A DNA stretch of 64,000 bases from the human T2T-CHM13v2.0 reference genome, Homo sapiens: the NCBI RefSeq assembly GCF_009914755.1, contig NC_060930.1. One strand, 5' to 3'. The notes below the pieces were generated by a model, which was not told the DNA's origin, did not search any database, and saw only the letters and a list, made by a program, of their open reading frames with translations. The position numbers and the translations under genes are program-made. This document shows, one piece after another, positions 57,924 to 64,000 of this stretch; the first letter of the stretch is position 1; every line of letters starts with the position of its first letter.

Positions 57924-58233
57924 GCAGGTAGCTAATACCAGGACAGATCCCTAATACATTCGATAGCTAGCGTCACGTAGCCTTTTCATTTAATTTGGAC
58001 ATGAATGGCATATCTTTGCCAGAGTCCGTAGAATTGGTCCCATATCTGCTTATTATTAAGGTAATGGTTTGGGAAGCACCACAACCATTGGTCAGGAGTG
58101 TCTGCTAATCACCTAGAATCTTGAACCAGCAGAAAGCTGAGGCCTTGTACTGCTTCTTCTAGAAGAGTCCATTTCTGATGATAGCTGGAGCCAGGATAAT
58201 TATAGGAAGAAGCAGGAACACCTGTGGACACTG

Positions 58234-58787
58234 AGTGTGTAGTTGGCATCTAAGACGGCTCCTAATGATGAGCCACTTCGTAGTGTTCATGTCTTTGTGC
58301 AGTTCTCTCCCTTTGAATGTGAGTGTATCTACTGACTTGCTTCTAACTAGTTAAATATAAGAAAGAGATGGATATCACTTCCAAGATTAGGATACAAGAA
58401 GCCCATGGCTTTCCTCTTGCTTGTCCTCTCTCTGTCTCTTGCTGGACTACTCTGATGGAAGTCACTTGCCATGTTTTAAGTTGCTTGATAGAGAAGCCCA
58501 CTTGGCAAGGAGACGGTATCTCCAGCCAATAGCCAGCAAGTACCTATGACCTTCAGTCCAACAGCCCACAAGGAGCTGACTCCTGCTAAGCCCAGAATGG
58601 GATCCTCTCCCAGCTGAGCTCTAGCTAACACCTCTATTGCAGCCTCGTGAGAGACCCTGAGCCAGAGGCACCCAGCTAAGTCATGCCCAAATTCCTGAAC
58701 AGCAGAAACTATGAGATAATAAACGTTTGCTGTTTTAACTTAGTAAATTTTAGGGTAATTTGTTACACAGCCATAGATAACTATAGA
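58234..58787 (+). mobile_element. MLT1E/F-like MaLR LTR
   Basis: tctaagacggctcctaatgat...cttcagtccaacagcccacaaggagctg...gagaccctgagccagagg...gagataataaacgtttgctgtttt. Confidence 0.85.
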
Positions 58788-59533
58788 GCAGGTAAAATAT
58801 TAAATTCTTTTGATTAATTTTTATAACAATAATTTTTGTTGTATTATAATATACAATATAAACAACACTATTAGAAAATAGGTGACTCTACTATGGAGGT
58901 TTATACATACTCAATTTGATGGAGACTTAGTCACTGATTATTCTGGGAGTAAGGATATATTGTGGACACTGAGAACATTGACAAATCATTAATTTAGTCC
59001 ATAAATTATATTACAAATGCCATCAGTTGACAATGACATTTAAATCTATCTTTTTTTTACCCCTTGTTATTATATTGACAATTACCACACCAGTCGTTAT
59101 GCATTAGCATGAGTATGTCTCCTTTTAATCAGAAGCATATTTATAGTAATACATTTTACTTTAAAAAACTGAACCTCTTGTTTAATTTGTCAAGGTTTTG
59201 TTTCTTTTATCATACATTTAATTGGAGAACTACTGAAATCATTTTGAGATCATTAAAATTTGAGAATGCCAAACAAATCTAATTTTTGATATTAGCTTTC
59301 AATTTATAAAGCAAGGAAGCAAATCTTTATACTACCTTATGGCCATTTAGAAAACCTACAGTTTAGATGTAATAGACATCATTAATATTTTTATTATCTG
59401 GAGCTGAAATTGGCAAAGACAATCAAGAAGAGTTGTTTTCAAAAAGCAAGGAGATATGTTATTAAAGCTACCTCACCAAAAGTCACAGAACTCAGTTAGC
59501 TTTCCAAGAGAGTCCTTCAAATACTTAAAAATA

Positions 59534-59901
<368 letters not shown>

Positions 59902-60156
59902 TTATGAAGCTAGAATAACTGTGGGAGCAAACCCAACAGAATAAATGGGCAGTTTGATGTCCAACAATGAGGGATTCCAGAGAGCGGGGCAAAGGAGTCT
60001 CTCAGAGCAGGAGAATGAAGAGGGACTTCCAGGACATTTTTACTTGAGGATCCACGAACTCTGATCAACTCTCTGCTCCAAAGAAGGGTTCTGTGCTTGC
60101 TAAATGTAGTAACTGGCAATTGAACCAGTCCTGACACTCTCCCAAATTAGATGTAT

Positions 60157-60507
<351 letters not shown>

Positions 60508-60826
60508 TAGATGTATACTCTTTTCACTTGAGACCCACCTGTCTTTTCACTTAAAAAAAAATCAGATGTTATATTCTGGCATCAATGATAGAATCTCAGA
60601 TTCCTGTTCTTTATTACAAAACCAAATAAAGTGGGGAGATTTCCCTCCTATAACCCTGAAGACATTCTTATTTCACAGCTACTCCCTTGGCCTGGACTAT
60701 CGACGGACAACAGAAGTTTCATGGAAACCAGCTAAATAACAAGATAGCTGTGCAAAGCTTTCCTATGTGGTGAAGTCACTTTTATTTAGAAGATAATCAG
60801 CTGTTGTCACATCTTCACCTATGCTT

Positions 60827-60851
60827 AAAAAAAAAAAAAAAAAAAAAAAAA
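60827..60851. repeat. A25 homopolymer
   Basis: 25 consecutive A with no adjacent retroelement body. Confidence 0.95.
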
Positions 60852-61189
60852 CTAGGGTCTGTGCATGAGCCAGGATTAAACTAAGCAGCAAACACACCCA
60901 GAGAACTGAACAAAGGAGAGCAAGAAAGGGTTTAGAGATCACATGGATAATTATTTCTAAGGATCGCTGGGTGCTGGGAAAGTGTATTCTAAGGGGATGA
61001 TACTGTGGGTAATAAAAAGCTATTTCTGGTTTTGTTTGTTTTTAATATATAATCTTCACTATCCAGCTGACTTAGAAAAAATTCATAAGTGATGCATGTC
61101 AGATATCAAATTCTATTAAAAACCTAAAACTCAGCTGTGTTCTTTCCTTCTTTCCCCTTATACCCCAAGGCAAGGAATCAAGGCTTCTA

Positions 61190-61850
61190 GACACCACCGG
61201 ATGAGTCAAGGTACCGTGGCCCAGACAAACTAAGCACTGGTTCTGTCACCACATAGACACAAAGGCATTCAAGAAACCACAGCCCTCTGGCTTTGTTGCT
61301 CCTTCCTTCATAATCAAATCAACAGAGTGTGTTTGTAGAATTCACCCACAACACAAACAGATGCCGCGAAACACCTTGGAGCGGTTGGCCGGCAGAAATG
61401 CCCACTGAGCGGGCTGTGATTCACTCGGGAGGAGGAAGGCCTCGGAGGGCAGCCAATCGAAGACGGACCCAGGGAAAAGTCGCTGGGTTCTTACAGGAAG
61501 CGATCTAATTATGTTACTGTAATCCTCAAGCTCGCATTTTTCAGCCACCTCAACACGAACTCACAGACTTCAACGATTATGTAATTACGGAAAACTTCAC
61601 AACAAACATGAAGATTCCTTCTGGAGGCCACATTGAAGACCGGGATGTGCATTAGAGCGTGGGAGGGAAGCACGCAGCTCACAAAAGGAAGAGCAAAGAG
61701 ATGTATTGAACTTAAAAGGCTACATTTGAAAAGGGGCCCCTACCAGACCTCCCCTTTTGTGTGCACATTTTTTGCACCTGCAACTGTTTGCGGGCTCGAA
61801 AGCAATAGCCCTCCCCCTTCTCCCAAGAGGCCACGCTTTCATGCCTTGGC
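61190..61850. promoter_or_regulatory. Putative promoter/enhancer (intermediate CpG density)
   Basis: Highest non-Alu CpG density in the window; AP-1 TGAGTCA at 61202, RUNX AACCACA at 61275, CCAAT box AGCCAATCG at 61451, D-box ATTATGTAAT at 61576; repeat-free. Confidence 0.6.
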
Positions 61851-63063
61851 CCCAAATGTGTCATTTTCCTGCCAGGGGGAGAAATCAAAAGAAACCAAGT
61901 TTTTAGAACTTTGCTGTAAAGAAAATAATAGTTTTGAAAAGGATTGGAGCCACATTTTCAGGTTAGACACAGTTGTTAGAGAAATGTCAGAAGGAAGACG
62001 TTCCTCTTCACTTTCTTTCCTAGCTCGTTGAAGTTCTTCATTTCACTGGGTTCTGGGTGACATCTGTAGCATCCATTTCAGCGCAGGCTGCAGCAGGCTT
62101 TTGACTCCACAGCATGTAACTGTCCTCAGACCACCGTGTTCAAAGTCGAGATTCCAAATGGACCTTCCTGACTCTTCACAGAGAAGATGCCATATAAATC
62201 ATTTCCATTAAAACAAACCTTTGATACCACCAGCGAATTGTGGAATTTTGATAATGATGCTTGTGAATGAAGTGCTGACAAATGGTCTTGCTTTAGATGG
62301 TGTTTGTGGGTGGGGCTTGGGTTAGAGCCAGGATCAACCTTGATTTTGGCCACTGATCCATTTCCTCTCTCCCCACCACCCACCTCATATGTTGAGATGA
62401 AAGTTACAGCAGAAAGCCTCTTTTGAACCATTATGAACAATTCTATTCAAAGCAGCATCTGTGAATTTGTATAAGACTGGCCAAGATTGGCTCAATTATT
62501 TCTCCATTCTCTCCAGGGGATAGAAAGTTTCCAATCAAGGGTTACAATGGAAGCAAAAATGTTATGTTCATGGGAGGTAGAATGCATTGCTAAATAGATG
62601 GAAGACAAAATAAAGTTCCTCAGTATACATAATAGCTCAAGGATGAACTTGGTTGAACAGATTAGAGGAACAGATGCAGATAAAATAAACTTCTCTCTCT
62701 TTGGTTTAACTTGGGAGACTGAGGATTTTCTATATGGTACAAACCTTGATGAATGTTGAGGATATAGGGGTTCTCATATATCTTATAATATACTAGTGAG
62801 TCATCTGGTGAGATGGCTGGAAGTTTTTTTTTTAAGTAGATATAATCTCATAAGTGAGGAGAAAATAAATCATTGTCTCAGCTAGAGAGAGTGATCCTTT
62901 TGAACCCTTATATGGTTCAATCTCATTTTAACATTTTTGAAGCAGGTAGGTTTGGGATTTCTGGTTCCTGTAAAGCAAAGCCCATGATGGTTCTTTGATT
63001 CAGTTGTCTCCTGGGGAAAATGAGGGAAGAAGGTTTAAGTGGTTTGTTATCAGTGGCTACTGA

Positions 63064-63313
<250 letters not shown>

Positions 63314-64000
63314 TGAGGTATGAAATATGGGTTGGGGGTGATTAGAAGAGAGAGATGGAAAAGCTGGGATATCAAGAATAAAGCTTGTAGGATTAGAAAA
63401 AACAGAAGGAGGAAAGATGAGATAAGGTAAACTCAGAGCAAAGCATGAAATAGGAATTATGTTGGGCTACTCAGTGGGAGAAGTGACACGTGTCTCTTAA
63501 ACATATGCTGGCCTGACCTTACTGGGGTCAAAGGGACAGTCAAGGAACCTGCCCTGAAAATGCCAAGAGGAGGCTGAGAGCCAAAGAAAGCAAGGGTCAG
63601 CCTCCTAGGAGGCCGCCTATCTACACAAATGAGTTTCCCAAGAAAGTCTCATTTATTTTAGGTCTCTTCTGTGGAATAAAACAATTCCCTCTTTGATGGG
63701 ATTATATTTGTGGGAGGGAAAGGAGCAGGAGAAAATTCAGTGTCAAGGGCAAAAGTCCACTAAGATGATTCACCTGGGAGATATTTTTTGGAAGGCCTGA
63801 TACCCTTAGGAGCTAGAAATCAATATTCAAAGATCTCCCATTCCAATGTCATTTAGGCTGCAAGTATGCAGATTTCAGGGCCTGTAGGGGGAATTTATCC
63901 GGTAGTGGAATCCTAACACATCTTTTCACTTTGTGAAGCTTGTTCTATGGGTAAATTTCATACCGCCTTGACTTGTACGAGTACAGAATAGGGGAAAGAG

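Noticed and set aside
60827-60851. A25 tract as a tail-only retrotransposon insertion
   Set aside because: No TSD flanking it; slippage expansion is simpler
61342-62440. ORFs of 68, 132 and 104 aa over the promoter-like region
   Set aside because: No recognisable homology, some have non-ATG starts, and their length is expected in locally GC-richer DNA

Overview
AT-rich primate (most likely human) non-coding genomic DNA. About half is recognisable transposable-element sequence: roughly 20 Alus (J, S, Y and a Ya5-like fragment), L1PA and L1M pieces, many MIR and L2 remnants, a CR1/L3 remnant, MaLR and ERVL LTRs, and hAT and mariner DNA-transposon relics. I cannot support any protein-coding exon; the ORF track is explained by Alu, L1 and LTR sequence or by chance. 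A CpG-enriched, motif-dense promoter/enhancer-like region lies at ~61.2-61.85 kb, but I cannot name the gene or locus. Main findings: (1) a ~640-bp inverted duplication (49458-50101 vs 55581-56319) around a 5.5-kb spacer, with patchy blocks of perfect identity suggesting gene conversion and possible inversion, one arm carrying a tiny AluYa5-like insertion whose empty site survives in the other arm; (2) an ERVL (MER21/LTR47-type) transcript apparently retroposed by L1 machinery (5'-truncated, U5 missing, poly-A tail, 14-bp TSD); (3) a templated-insertion/fold-back scar copied from the adjacent L1; (4) a tail-less internal L1 ORF2 fragment with a TSD; (5) a 31-bp near-identical segment shared by two unrelated ancient repeats. 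Repeat subfamily names and old-repeat boundaries are by eye from remembered consensus sequences and are approximate.
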